DNA of 64,000 bases from a virus (IMGVR_UViG_3300028649_000004:20392-84391); one strand, 5' to 3'; shown: positions 1-12,875, counted from the stretch's first letter. Notes: a model not told the origin generated them from the letters alone. Program-made: numbers and translations.

Positions 1-886
1 CTTTAATAATATGTACAATTGTATCAATATTCCATCCGTTCCCTATGGCTTTATATCTATTACCACATGAAACCCCTTTTACATTTGTGTAATTGTCTGG
101 TAATCCTTGTAGCCTTTCACACTCAATTTCTGTGAATCTTCTTAATCCGTAATCATCTTTAATTATATTTGGTGCTGATCTATCTCTTCTAAAGCAATGA
201 GGAACTACAGTATTTGATTTACCATACTTTATACTCTTATTGTAGAAATCATATATAGGAGTTCCTTTTGACCATTTACATGAGACTTCTCTACAAACAT
301 CAGCATGTAATAATTGATGCTCTTTGCAATAATGTCCTTCCTCAACCTTTTGCTTCTCTATAATATCATCTATGTATATTTCTTTATCATTTATATTTTG
401 TATGTATTCTATGTTTGTCCAATAATAACGCTCTCTATTTTGTGCTGAAAATAAATTTGAATTTATAAGCTTACCTTTAATTCCTATGTAGTCATTAATT
501 ACCTCAATCCATTCTTGTTTCATTTTCACATTCTCTAATAAAAATTTAACATTGGGATTATTATTTTCTTTTATCCAATTCAAGATATTAATAAATTCAA
601 AAAATAATTTACTTTGTTTATGTTCAAAATTCAATCCATTCCCTATTCTTGAAAATCCTTGACATGGACTTCCTGCTAATATTAAATCAATTTTGGGCAA
701 GTTCCAATTTTTCCACTCAGTAACGTCTCCTAATTTATTTTTAACATCTTGTGGATAATTTTTATCAGCTATTAACATTGCATCTTTATCAATCTCACTT
801 GAATAATAATTATCTACTTCAATCTGTGCTTTTTCTAATACTACTCTTCCACAACTTATTCCATTAAACAAACTTAATACATTCAC
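1..886 (-). CDS. DNA (cytosine-5) methyltransferase; 3' end runs off the window; missing from the ORF track
   Basis: Manual translation from GTG at 886: MNVLSLFNGISCGR..EID..; AGSPCQGFS (motif IV), LENV (VI), QNRERYYW (VIII), ECERLQGLP..AIGNGW (IX-X). Confidence 0.93.
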   Translation of the reverse strand, partial: MNVLSLFNGISCGRVVLEKAQIEVDNYYSSEIDKDAMLIADKNYPQDVKNKLGDVTEWKNWNLPKIDLILAGSPCQGFSRIGNGLNFEHKQSKLFFEFINILNWIKENNNPNVKFLLENVKMKQEWIEVINDYIGIKGKLINSNLFSAQNRERYYWTNIEYIQNINDKEIYIDDIIEKQKVEEGHYCKEHQLLHADVCREVSCKWSKGTPIYDFYNKSIKYGKSNTVVPHCFRRDRSAPNIIKDDYGLRRFTEIECERLQGLPDNYTNVKGVSCGNRYKAIGNGWNIDTIVHIIK

Positions 887-1000
887 TTTTTCACTTCCTT
901 TACATTATTCGTTTAATATAATTTATTAATAACCAAATAAAACTAATATTTTAATTGCTTGTACAAGTCTGTAAACCCAGTAATAGAGCCATTCTTAAAA

Positions 1001-1546
1001 TTATAGTTTACTAAATATTACTCTTGTTATATCATCTTTATCAGCAACCTTTGGATAGAATTCTTTTAATACACTTTTTAATTCATTTAATGATTTGAAT
1101 CCATCTTGTATAGCATCTTTCTCGGTTAATTCTTCAAACGTTTTATATTCTATATTCTCAATTTTAACCATCGTTGTTTTATCTGATTTATCTGAATAAA
1201 ATTCACAATCTCCACATTGATAATTACGTTTTTTATATCTAATTGTGCTTGTTTTAATTCCTTTTTCTATAAGTTCAAAAAATTCATCAGCTAATGCTAT
1301 TCTTTCTACTTTCTTTTCCTCCTCAATTTCGTCTTCTATAACTCTAATATCTTCATTTTCTATTTTAATTTCACTAGGTTTAATACCTATCGTATCAGCT
1401 AAGTCATTAATCATTTCTTCTCTATCTACGTCAGTAACAAAAGGCTGTCCATTTTTAATAGCGGTTAAGGCTTCTTCTGTTAAATCATCTTCTTCTAGTT
1501 CCAATACTGCATCTATTACATAATCCAATCTATATTTTATCTTCAT
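1001..1546 (-). CDS. ASCH-domain protein
   Basis: C-terminal FFELIEKGIKTSTIR...ELTEKDAIQDGF..L..FYP fits the ASCH/PUA-like signature. Confidence 0.75.
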   Translation of the reverse strand: MKIKYRLDYVIDAVLELEEDDLTEEALTAIKNGQPFVTDVDREEMINDLADTIGIKPSEIKIENEDIRVIEDEIEEEKKVERIALADEFFELIEKGIKTSTIRYKKRNYQCGDCEFYSDKSDKTTMVKIENIEYKTFEELTEKDAIQDGFKSLNELKSVLKEFYPKVADKDDITRVIFSKL

Positions 1547-1667
1547 TATTCATCTCTCCTTTTATTATTTTTAACTCTACAATATATTTCAAACCATACC
1601 ATTCCACCCATAACGAAACCTATGAACCAAGCTAATAAATATTCCCACATATAAATAATTCACTTCC

Positions 1668-1874
1668 TTACTTTTCTACAATTCTAAATTCATCATCTGA
1701 AATATAGATACAATATAATGAGACAAATATATTTTCATCTTTATCAATCATTGTAATAGATATTTCATAGTTATATTCATTCTTCTCTTTTATATAATTA
1801 ACTTCTGATAATTTAAATCCATCTTTAGACAACTATGTATTTAACATTTCTTCTATTAATTTTTCTTTACGCAT
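1668..1874 (-). pseudogene. Small phage gene interrupted by an in-frame TAG (1833-1835)
   Basis: RBS + ATG; MRKEKLIEEMLNT*LSKDGF...IVEK stays open after the stop. Confidence 0.55.
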
Positions 1875-2094
1875 AGTTCATCTCCTATATTTTATTTACT
1901 GTTTAAATATTTTACTAAATCCTCAATTTTTTGAATCATATCTTCCATATCTATATCATATTCAATATGTAATATTTCTTCTTTATCATGATAACTATCT
2001 GTAACACTTATATAATCTTCAAAATCTACTTTAAATCTATCTTGTTTACCCATTTTTCACTTCACTCCTTCTAACTCTTAATGAAATATTCCTT

Positions 2095-2541
2095 TCATTC
2101 TAAATCTAATATTATTTTATATACTTCCTCATATTGTTTACTATCTTCAACATTATTGATTAAATCTGCTATTTTTGATTTTAATAAGTTCCATTTATCC
2201 AGTTGTTTAAATTTATTATTATCTGTAACACCATTAATAACTTCTGTTCTGCTTGTAAGTTTATCTATTCTGACCATAGTAGATTTATCAATTATCAATT
2301 CGTCTCCACATAAATATATTATAATTTCTTTATCTGTTTCATCCCATTGATCTTCATCGTCTTCGTCTGAATAAGTTGAGAAATCAATTTCTTTTCCATC
2401 TTTATATGTATTTATTGCTTCCCCAAATCCGTAAATATATAAATTAAATTCTATTTCTCCTAAGTTTGAATTGGCTTTAAAAATACCGTATCTATTTTTG
2501 TTTCTTAGTTCCATATTACTTATCCTCCTCTTTGTTTTCAA
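2095..2541 (-). CDS. Hypothetical phage protein
   Basis: ORF track; GGAGG RBS before the internal Met (2514). Confidence 0.7.
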   Translation of the reverse strand: MKTKRRISNMELRNKNRYGIFKANSNLGEIEFNLYIYGFGEAINTYKDGKEIDFSTYSDEDDEDQWDETDKEIIIYLCGDELIIDKSTMVRIDKLTSRTEVINGVTDNNKFKQLDKWNLLKSKIADLINNVEDSKQYEEVYKIILDLE

Positions 2542-2851
2542 TTACAATTTTATACACATAATCTTTTTTATCATAGTCCCAGTCATCTTTTAAATCCCAG
2601 TTGATTTTATTTTTATTTAACAAATCAATTGTTTTAACTTGTTCTTCAGATAATGAATTAAATTCTTTGGCTAACTTATTTATAAACTCTTGGCATCTTC
2701 CATCAATATCATTTATAAATTTTTCTATATCTTTTGTATCTAGTTCATTTTTCTCTAAATCCTCTTTTATGTATTTAAAATCTTGTATACTAAAGTTATT
2801 ATAGCCTACAAATTTATTTATTAATTGTATTAATTCATTCATTTTTATCAC
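2516..2851 (-). CDS. Hypothetical phage protein
   Basis: ORF with RBS, co-oriented with neighbours. Confidence 0.7.
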   Translation of the reverse strand: MIKMNELIQLINKFVGYNNFSIQDFKYIKEDLEKNELDTKDIEKFINDIDGRCQEFINKLAKEFNSLSEEQVKTIDLLNKNKINWDLKDDWDYDKKDYVYKIVIENKEEDK

Positions 2852-2917
2852 TTCTCCTTGTTTTATTTATTTTATTAACATTCTATTAAATTCAAGATTT
2901 TAACATAATTTTACATT

Positions 2918-4138
2918 TTAAAACGGTCTTCTATTCTTTTGTGACCAAGTTTCCCATTCTTTGGTCGCCACTATTCTTATCGGTTTAACTTTCTTGAATG
3001 TAATTGTTCCTCCATTGGAGTTGTAAATATCCTTTTCGGTCACTTCTAATTCTAACAACTTTATATTATCTTCTTTACTGTAATAGTGACTATCTTTTAT
3101 TGTTTTCTTATAATTACAATAAATTCTTTCATCACCCGTAGTAGCTTCAACAACTTCTCCTATTTTATATTCAAAATTATTATCATAACAACTAATCAAT
3201 TTACCATCTTTTAATTCTACAAATTTATAAAATTTGTTTTCTTTAAAATAATTCTCAGCAGGAACTTTTTCATATTTTTTATCATCTTTTATCCCTTCAA
3301 AATAAGTTAACTGTCTATATGTATTAATCCTATATCTTTCATTCTTAATTTCTAAGTATTTTAAAGGTCTATTTAATAAAGATTCAATTAAATCATCTAC
3401 ATCATTGAAATTAACTCTTTGATCATCTGGTACTCCCTTAAAATAATCTTCTTCTAAATACAAATCTTTTAATTTATCTACTACCTCAACTAAATCAACC
3501 TGCCCATCTTCTTTAACTTCAACATCTTTTAATATTTTAGTAAAATCTAAACCATACATACCACCAAGTTGCTCTTTTAACTCATCTATAGTATTAATTT
3601 TTAAACTCATACAAGTTAATAATATTCTTATAAATTCTGATTTTGAAATATTATATCCTTTATTCTTATACTTGTCTACTCTTAACATCGACATTATTGG
3701 ATAAGATGTATTGCTATTAAAATTCAATACATTTTGAATATTATCAAGTAAGAATTTATCATGCAATACAAACTCTTCTGTATAGAAATCAAAAGCTCCC
3801 ATACAAACTGTAAAATCAAATGTATCAAATATTTCTTGTGCATTATTAAATCTTTTAAAGTGTATTAGTTGTACCATTTTATTATAGTCATTTTTAAATA
3901 GTGTTGCCTTTTTAGTATGTGTAGCAATCCAATAACCATCATATACATCAGCAATAACTTCAATTAAATCATCGTCATTTCTAAAATAAACATCTATATC
4001 ATTAATATCTCTATTTGTAAAAATACTATTTATACAACCTCCAGCAATAATTGCGTTGTTTTCTTTAAATGTTTTTACTAAGTTTTCCCCTAGATAATTA
4101 TATAACTTTCTTTTTTGATATTCATAATTTATACTCAT
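2918..4138 (-). CDS. Phage nucleotidyltransferase-fold protein (Pol-beta/poly(A) polymerase-like head)
   Basis: IIAGGCI...DINDIDVYF (GG + DxD) and FDFTVCMGA motifs. Confidence 0.65.
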   Translation of the reverse strand: MSINYEYQKRKLYNYLGENLVKTFKENNAIIAGGCINSIFTNRDINDIDVYFRNDDDLIEVIADVYDGYWIATHTKKATLFKNDYNKMVQLIHFKRFNNAQEIFDTFDFTVCMGAFDFYTEEFVLHDKFLLDNIQNVLNFNSNTSYPIMSMLRVDKYKNKGYNISKSEFIRILLTCMSLKINTIDELKEQLGGMYGLDFTKILKDVEVKEDGQVDLVEVVDKLKDLYLEEDYFKGVPDDQRVNFNDVDDLIESLLNRPLKYLEIKNERYRINTYRQLTYFEGIKDDKKYEKVPAENYFKENKFYKFVELKDGKLISCYDNNFEYKIGEVVEATTGDERIYCNYKKTIKDSHYYSKEDNIKLLELEVTEKDIYNSNGGTITFKKVKPIRIVATKEWETWSQKNRRPF

Positions 4139-4203
4139 TTTACCATACTCCCTTTATTTTTATTTATTATAACCTTTTAAAATTTCCATTTTAAGACAAT
4201 TTT

Positions 4204-4746
4204 CTATAATAAATTTGCTAAAATTTTAATTATATTTTTTAATTCTTTTATCTGATTATTTAATTTTGAATTTATTGCATTATCTATATCATTTTCTTCT
4301 TGCATTCTCATAATTTCTTTTTCTCTATTGGTCAATATATTATTTAGATCATCTTCTTTCTTAGCTTGTTCCATTGATTTATATTCTAATTCTGATATGT
4401 ATGATTTTTGTTTATCTATATCATTTTCTAGTTTTTGTCTAAAATTACCTAATGATATATTTGCTAGTTTATATTCTTTATTTTCTTCTTCTAATGTATC
4501 AATGTTATTTTTAGCATTAGTAAATCATTCATCTAATTGTCTTTTATCATCTTTTAATATCTCATTTTCTTTTTCAAGCCTAAAACATTCTAATTCATAA
4601 TCTGTTCCAGCAGGATATTGATTACCACATATTTTACTATCTGTACATTTTCCTTTTTTATTTTTAGGACATTTTTCGCTTTCTTGGTAACAGGTTTTAT
4701 TTTCCTTATCTATTGCATATTGTAATTGTTCTTCTGCATAATTCAT
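4204..4746 (-). pseudogene. Coiled-coil phage protein interrupted by an in-frame TGA (4525-4527)
   Basis: Frame stays open for about 106 codons after the TGA (FTNAKNNIDTLEEENKEY...LANLL). Confidence 0.65.
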
Positions 4747-5116
4747 AAATTTTACCTCTCTTTTTATTAATTTATTAAAATATATTATTCAAATTCCCAT
4801 CCATTTAAAATACAATTTTCCAACCCTTTTAATATGTATATAGCCCTATGTACTAATACCTCTTTAGCAAAAGCTTGACTCATAGGAATATCCCCTAAGT
4901 TGTTTTCTTGCTCATATTTTTGCTTCTCCCACATGATGTTTCTTCCATAATCTCTCGTATGTATTCTATTGATAATTTGCCATATGTATCCTTGGTCTTG
5001 TTTATATTTATCACAGAACTCTTCTATTCTCTCTTGAAGAAATTCTCCACTACACATTGTCATATCAACACCTCCATTTTTATTATTATTTATCTTAATT
5101 TATTACCTTTAAGATT

Positions 5117-5145
5117 ATCTTACTACTTGTGCTAATTACTGTCAA
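5117..5145 (-). promoter_or_regulatory. sigmaA-type promoter
   Basis: TTGACA-N17-TAAGAT; operator-like motif just upstream. Confidence 0.65.
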
Positions 5146-5748
5146 CACTTATTTCCATTAATTTGTTTGTTTATATTTCATCCATATTATAGTCCTCTCT
5201 AATATAATCTATTAAATCATTAATAGTTTCCTTAATATGTTCATCATCTCTTAAAATAGGATGAATTTTAGCCATACATGAACCTTTTGCTCCTTCTGAT
5301 TTATATTTCTTATAGTTAAAATCTACCCACAACAAGGGCATTTTTGTTAGGTTTTTAGTTAATAATCTTTGTAATAGTTTCATTTATTTTTCACTCCAAT
5401 CTTTTAAAATTAAATTTTTATCTACTTGTCTATAAAATATTATTCGTTTAAAATTTTATTAATATATGGACTTTTGGTATGTTTAGTTCCATCTATTTTA
5501 TCAGCCACACATGAAAAAGCTTCAAATATTCCATCCCTATATCCCTGTACATATAACTTTTTATCATTTTCTAAAATTAATAGTTTGTCACAAACTTTTT
5601 CAAATTCATTTTCAAATTTGTGTAACAGTTCTTTTAATGATTCATTCTCATTCATTTTTTATTTCATCCTTTCTTAATTCATTTTCAGTTAAACCTAAAG
5701 TTTTATATGCTTGTACTATTTCTAATTTAGGGCAGTATGCCCTATAAC

Positions 5749-6129
5749 TTAAACATCCTTTTTCAATGGATAAATACTTGATAAAATAGACATATCTTTT
5801 TTTAATGCTTCAATAATAAAGTCATCACATTCTATAATACTTTTGAGAGATTCTTGATTCTCCAATTTTGACATATTTCTTTTATGTTTTTGTAAATCAG
5901 CTATTTTATGTTTTATACACACTGTACCATTATCTATTGCATTAAATAAATCTACATATATTCCATAAGGAATATAGACCAATGCTCCATTCGATTCAAA
6001 TGATTCAACAGTTAAACCACCATTTTTATACTTATTCATATCTTGAATACCAATATTAGGTCTTTTATCAATGGGTATAGATTTCATATCTATTAAATCT
6101 TCTTCATAATTTTCTTCACTATTCAACAC
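5749..6129 (-). CDS. Hypothetical phage protein
   Basis: 126-aa ORF coupled to the upstream ORF. Confidence 0.65.
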   Translation of the reverse strand: MLNSEENYEEDLIDMKSIPIDKRPNIGIQDMNKYKNGGLTVESFESNGALVYIPYGIYVDLFNAIDNGTVCIKHKIADLQKHKRNMSKLENQESLKSIIECDDFIIEALKKDMSILSSIYPLKKDV

Positions 6130-6772
6130 TATATCACCTTCTCAATCTTATATTCACCTAAATATTTAAATCCTTTTCTTGCCATTAATGCATATTCGCC
6201 CTCTTTATCTGCTGATAAATCAAGTTCATATACAGATGAAATATAAGGTTCTATAGCTTTTGTTATAGCTTTTAAGTCAATAGTATCCGTCTTTATTTCA
6301 AATGATTCATTATTGATTCCAATATTTTTAAAACTTATCTTATACATCTAGTAACACCCCTTTAAATATATTATTTAATAGTGTTACCATAACATGAAAG
6401 ATATATACTTATGACCAAATAAAAGTAATAATTTGTTTAAATATTGAACACACCAAAATAACAACCATCTAAAATTTTTGAAGTTTTATATGTAATAGAA
6501 CCATCCAACTCATAAATAACCTTTTCTATAGTTTCTTCACTTCCATCTATATTTACACAACTACCTTCTTTAAATTCTAAACTCCCTACTTCATGTTCAT
6601 AGAATTTCTCCCATTTATCTATTTTTAACATTGGAATAGGAATTCTAGAAATTTTGCTTGCCTCCTCATTAATAGAAGTATATTTTCCTAAAAACACTGC
6701 TTTCATAATATTAATCCCCTTTCATTATTTATTAACTCTTTGTAAAAGAAGTATTTTAGCATAACTTACCAT

Positions 6773-7159
6773 TTAATTAAATGTTGAACTAGCAATTACA
6801 TATGGAATCTCTAGTTCATTTCCTCTTACTTCATCAGTTATTATATTATACTTTAACAGAGTCCATATATTTGTATCACCAGTTGTATCTTTAATATTTC
6901 TATACCTATTAATTAATTCTAATAATAAATCATCGTCTTGACTCAGATTTATTTGAATGTCATCATCCTTTTGAATTTCTTTAACTTCCAAGTCACATTC
7001 TTGTATGTTTTCAAAATTCATCTCTTTAAGAAAATACTCAACGGCATCCTCCTTTGTTTCAGCTACTATGAAATGTTCCTCACCATCATCTATTCTAAAT
7101 ATTTTTAAATTTGTTTCTAAATAAATATTATTTACCACCTTTCTTTTCATCAATTTCAA
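6773..7159 (-). CDS. Hypothetical phage protein
   Basis: 128-aa ORF. Confidence 0.6.
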   Translation of the reverse strand: MKLMKRKVVNNIYLETNLKIFRIDDGEEHFIVAETKEDAVEYFLKEMNFENIQECDLEVKEIQKDDDIQINLSQDDDLLLELINRYRNIKDTTGDTNIWTLLKYNIITDEVRGNELEIPYVIASSTFN

Positions 7160-7439
7160 TCTCCATATCTTCTAACATAGTTGTTTCAATTTCAATACCT
7201 TTTTCACATTCTTTTCCTAACCCATCAGTTTGTATAATTCCTATGCCCTCATAATGTTGACTATTATTATCCATAATTGAATAGCACATATATTCAGCTA
7301 AGGATTTAATCTTATCACCTTTTAACTTATGTATATCTCTTTCAAATTCAGTAATTAAATCTTTGTCTATTTCATCCTCATCAATTTTAATATAATATTC
7401 ATCTGTTCTAGTTACTACACATTTAAAAATTCTTTCCAT
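7128..7439 (-). CDS. Hypothetical phage protein
   Basis: 103-aa ORF with AGGAG RBS. Confidence 0.7.
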   Translation of the reverse strand: MERIFKCVVTRTDEYYIKIDEDEIDKDLITEFERDIHKLKGDKIKSLAEYMCYSIMDNNSQHYEGIGIIQTDGLGKECEKGIEIETTMLEDMEIEIDEKKGGK

Positions 7440-8496
7440 TGTTATTATCTCCTTTATTCTTTTAATTTATTATATTCTTGTAAAATGACAAAATTAAATA
7501 CTCTTTTAGATTTCTTTACACCATATTGGTTTTATAGTATAAAGTTCTATAAAACCAAACTCTCCATCTTTACTTATATCAATCACTCTTTTACCATCAC
7601 AATCATCAACCCAATATGTAGCATTCCCTAACTCATAATTAGCTTTTAAATGTTCATCTTGTAATGCGATTTCTTTATCAAATATATACTTTTTATTACT
7701 TTTAAATTCATTTAACATTTTAATAATCCCTCCTTTAATATCTAATATATCCTACTACACCAGTTTGAATATTTCTAACTTTATAATCATAACAATCTTT
7801 TCCTATGTATTCATATTTATTTATATCCATTCCATGTTCCTGTAAGAATTTATAAAATTGTTCTGACATTTTTAATTTATTCATCTTTATCACCTACTAT
7901 CTTAGTTAATTCTTTATATATTAAATCATCAAGGTTATCTTGACATCTTACTTTTGTATAGACTTTATAACAAATCTTTTGCAAGTCAGCTTCATTTAAT
8001 TTAATTTCTAAGTCTGATAAAATATCTTCCACTGTTTGTATCATATATTTTATAATCAAATCTGCATATAATACTCTATTATCTTTTAATTTATTAAACT
8101 TATATTCAAAGTCTTTTTCGTTCATTTTTATTTCTCCCTTCAATTCATTTAAATTCTTCATTTGATGGTCTTTTTAATATTGCTCGTTGTTATCAATATT
8201 ATAAAATCCATCTTTTGTACTATACCAATTTGCTAATTTAAATCCTATTTCGCTTATATCTATATATTCTTCATCCGTCCATTCTTCTAGTTCTTCATTC
8301 GTTATTCCTAAATCGTTTAATACACCTCTGTTGTCCTCGTTATTATCTATTAAAATATATTCACACTCACCGTTACTTATCGAACTTTCCACAACTTCAA
8401 TATTATTTAACATTTTTAGTTTTTCATTTTCTGTTAATTTCATAATTTATTTCCTCCTTAATTATACTTTAATTCCTTTATTTAATATCTTTTAAT

Positions 8497-8964
8497 TTAA
8501 CTACATATATAATATTTAAAACAATTATTTTCAAAATCTTCCTTTAATAAAATATTTATTTGTTCTATAGTTTCTTTTATCTCATTAATAATTCCAGTGT
8601 AAGCTACGCATCTAAAAACTACCTTGTCAATTTCGTTGTTAATTTCAACTCTACCAACTTTAAAGTCTGAAATTTTATAATTATAGTTATCCCATTTACC
8701 GTCTATTAACTCTTGACAATGATTATAAAATTTTTCTATATCACTTTTAGTTAACAAATATCCACCATAAGGCATTGCATTTTCTGGTTCTTCACTAAAC
8801 CATTTATCTAACCAATAAGCTTTTCTCCAATAGCAAACTTCTTCCTCTTTGTTCTCTTCATGATTATAATTGTAATCAAAACTATTATTTAAATAATCAT
8901 CAAATTCATCTTGATTTTTACATTTAACTCCTTTGTATTTGTAAATATAAATATCCATTCCCAT
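8497..8964 (-). CDS. Conserved phage protein (MGxD...YWRK type)
   Basis: MGMDIY...EVCYWRKAYWLDKWF pattern typical of a widespread phage family; GGAGG RBS. Confidence 0.6.
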   Translation of the reverse strand: MGMDIYIYKYKGVKCKNQDEFDDYLNNSFDYNYNHEENKEEEVCYWRKAYWLDKWFSEEPENAMPYGGYLLTKSDIEKFYNHCQELIDGKWDNYNYKISDFKVGRVEINNEIDKVVFRCVAYTGIINEIKETIEQINILLKEDFENNCFKYYICS

Positions 8965-10731
8965 TTTTATTCCTCCTAAATTATTCTATTACTTCCCACT
9001 TAAAATCTTTACTTTTCCAGCCATTATCTTGACATATTCTTCTTTTTGCACTAGCGATTGTACTAGCCCATATGTTTTGCAGTAAATCGTCACTATATCC
9101 ACCACTATTAAGTATCTCCACATATAGTTTAACATCAAATACATTACCATTAGGGATTATTTTAGCTATATATCTAACTTCTCGTTCTTCTTTTATCTCA
9201 GTCAACCTTCCAACTATCATTTTTTTTATACCTCCTAAAACCCATATTCATGCCATTCTTATTTTACAATATTACCATAAAATGGCTCTTTTAACAAAAC
9301 TAGACATAATCTTTAATATTCATTATATTAAAATTATTCTATCTTTAGATCCTTTGTACTTTCTCTTCCTTACTTTTCATTTCTTTAAAGTACTTTATAA
9401 TCGCTTCCACTTGTTGAGGCGTACATTCTTTAACTACCTTCTTTGCTTTGAACTCATCCATTTTTTTATAAATTTCAGTCATATCTTTTGGATAATGAAC
9501 TATAATTTTCATACCAATCCCTCCGCATTCCTAATAGAATTATTGCTTTATAAGCTTTATTAAATTTTCAAGTATTTCTTTGGTAATAAATATTGCTCCA
9601 ACTGATTCTTTATAATCAGGATTAAATTGAAATATAAATCCATGATTACTACTTGGATTGTTTTTACTTTTAAAATTTGAATATAATTCTAATCCATCAA
9701 CTTCACCTATTTTTACATATCCCATTTCTATTAAACTTTCTTTTGTCACAACTATCTCTCCTTCATTATAGAATTATTTATCTTTTAATATTCTTCTATC
9801 TTCTCCCCATACTTCCTTACATTTAGAACATTGATATTCTCCACCTTCATCATCGTCCCCAAACCACTCAACTTTTCCTTCACAATAGGGACATATATAA
9901 TAACCATCTTTAAGTATTTTTAATTCTCTATATCTAGGCATTTTATTTTATTTCACCTCACTATTGTTCATCTTCGTAATAATATTCAGTATCTCTACTT
10001 CCACAATTAGGACAAAAATTAGTCGAACCACACTCATCTAAAAAGTATGATTTTGATATGCTATCACAAGATTTACAGTGTATATAAAAATCATTAACCC
10101 ATTTACATTTCACCTCACTTCGTTTAATAGATAGAATTTATCTAAACTCATTTTAATCATTTTTATATTATTTTCTATTTTTTAAATAGGTTTCACATTC
10201 TCTCATATTTTCACAAGTACGTGGTTCACAACATTCATTTGTATTAGAGTTTTCCATATATTTAAACTTACGTCCTTCATCTTCTTTATATACGTCAAAA
10301 GCCACAACAAAATTACATTCTTTATTAAGTTTAGAACATTTACCATTAATATTTTTAAATTCCATTTTAAATTCCTCCTCGTATTTACCATCAAATATAG
10401 TTTTTAAGGTCTTTTTATATATCTAATAGTATACCATTATAATCAATACCGTGACTTTCTAAATATTCATCTAATTTAGACTTTAACCAGTCTAATTCTA
10501 CTCCATCAATACTATTTAAACTTAATGTTATTTTCCCAATACTTTTAACCTCATTGCCATCTCTTTCAATTTTTGAAAATTGAATTCTATCAATATCAAT
10601 TTCTTTCTCTGCTAAGGCTTTTCTTATACCTCTTTTAATAGTGTCATTTGTCATAATTTAATTCACTCCATTCAATTATTAATATTATATCCAAATTATA
10701 TGTATCTGTCATTACTTATTAGCTTACTCTA

Positions 10732-10781
10732 AGTATAATTCTTCCAGCACAATAAGTCAATACTATTTCTATTAATTTGTT
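10732..10781 (-). promoter_or_regulatory. sigmaA promoter with adjacent 15-bp operator
   Basis: TTGACT-N17-TATACT (10732-10760); TTCTATTAATTTGTT at 10767-10781. Confidence 0.7.
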
Positions 10782-12480
10782 TAGATAATATAAAAAGTTT
10801 CTAACAAATTTATTCTCTGCTAGAAACTTCTATGTTGGTGTTTATTTATTTAATTCTATAAATTTATCTTTAGAAATAATTAAACTATATATAAGCAATA
10901 TTGATGCCAATGAATTAATCATAGGGCATACTGAAACAATACATACTAATAATACACTATGATTTTGTTGTTTTAATGAATTCAATTTTAAGCGTATTTT
11001 TACCAAATTATAAAGTAGTATGTATGATATTATTGATATTAAATAAAAATTAGACATTATTATTTTCCACCTTTCTTTATCTTAATTTATTTTCAAGTTA
11101 TAATTAGAATTTTAATATAAAATCATATCATCAATATCACTAAATTTTAACCAATTACCATGTTCACCAGCGTCAATTAATATTTCTTCATCACTAATTG
11201 CATCAATACAAACTTGTTCATAGTATTCACAATCAGTTGTATGTATACAAACTATATTACCCTTGACAAAATATTTATCTCCTACTCTTAGTACGTCTAC
11301 TCTTTCCACTTTCATAATTTATCTTTAGTCCTCCTCTTTTTCTATATATCCATCAGAATCAATTTTTAAATTATATTTGTCTAGAACACTATCCATTCTA
11401 TTATCATATTCTCCATCAAAATATGCTTTTCTAAATGCATTGTACATTATTATAATATCTTTTCTTACCTCTTTATTCTCCATTAATTTACTCTCCTTTC
11501 AACTTCCAATGAAACATTTATTTTAAGTTAATTTATTTATCTTATTCACACTATTTCATTTCCTTCCAATTACTTGTTTAAATCTTGAATTCTACGCTTT
11601 ATTTCTTTTACACGTTCAAGTTTAACTTTTCTATAATTTTGTAATCCTGTTTGTTTTTCATATGCTTTAATTGCATCTTCTGTCTCAAATATTAATAAGT
11701 CCATTCCTTGTAATATAAGTTCTAGTTCCTCATATTTAAATTCTTTCACCTCAATACCTCCGTTCTCTTTATTTTATTAATTTATTATTGATTTAGATTC
11801 GAACAGAAATTTAATTCTGCCCTATTTACCATATCCTAGTTCTTTATGAATTTCATGAAATTCTAAAATAAATTTTTCTATCATGATTCTTTCTACATTA
11901 GTCAAATTTTCTAGAATTCCTTGAGTATACTCCCTACCTTTATCAGTTAAATTTCTTTCATTATCTAAAAAATTTCCTTCAATTAGTTTTTCTACAGTTT
12001 TTTCACCACTTAATCCATTTTCAAATACTGCTCCTATTGGATGTTTTCTTTCTGTTTTTGAAATCATTATATCTATCTCCTTTAAAATTCTAATAAAGAT
12101 ATTATAACATATTTTCAATCATTTTAAATATTTAAAACTGTTGGAAATCCTAAATATTGTACACTATCCACATCTTCTTGTTCCACATACATCTTAATAT
12201 TTTCTTCAATATTATTATGATTTATTTCTTCAATATCATCGTCGCCATCACTATAGTTAATCAATATTAATGGTTTGCTTTTATTATCTATAATTTCTGG
12301 TAAACTGCCATAATGTTTCCCTTGACCAATAAAATTACTATTTATAAAATTCTTAATTGTTTCATAATTTTCACCTCTTATATCAAAAAATTGTTCTCCA
12401 TCTAAATCTAAAAACATTCTTTTCATTTTTATTCCTCCTTTTATTTACCTTAAAATAACATACTTATTTGGTTTTTATTA

Positions 12481-12786
12481 TTAATATAGTCTTACTTGAT
12501 AATATTTTCTTAGACTAATCATAGCTTTCTTTTCCAACCTAGAAATCAATGTTTGTGATTTCCATAACATATTTGCAACATTATATTGTGATTCTCCTTC
12601 AAAAAATCTTAATCTTATAACTTCTTGTTGAATTGGTTCTAGCTGAGATAATGCTCTATTCAAATCTAATTTAGTTATTAATTTATCTTCATAATTAATC
12701 TGTAATTTATTTATGTAATTTTTTATATTTACTTCTTCAAATACTTTGTTCATATATCCTCCTTTTAAACTTACAATCAAATCCAT
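12481..12786 (-). CDS. Sigma-70 region 4-only protein (SigF/SigG-like HTH); true start probably MNKVFEE near 12753
   Basis: LSQLEPIQQEVIRLRFFEGESQYNVANML.KSQTLISRLEKKA. Confidence 0.75.
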   Translation of the reverse strand: MDLIVSLKGGYMNKVFEEVNIKNYINKLQINYEDKLITKLDLNRALSQLEPIQQEVIRLRFFEGESQYNVANMLWKSQTLISRLEKKAMISLRKYYQVRLY

Positions 12787-12807
12787 ATTTTATTGGAATA
12801 TTCGACA

Positions 12808-12875
12808 TTATTTCCTAAATTCAACTAACCAAGCATTAGTATAACTAGCTTTAAAATTGAAATTTAGGAAATAAT
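12808..12875. repeat. 68-bp inverted-repeat element, copy 1
   Basis: TTATTTCCTAAA...TTTAGGAAATAA; same-length copy at 26845-26912. Confidence 0.65.
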
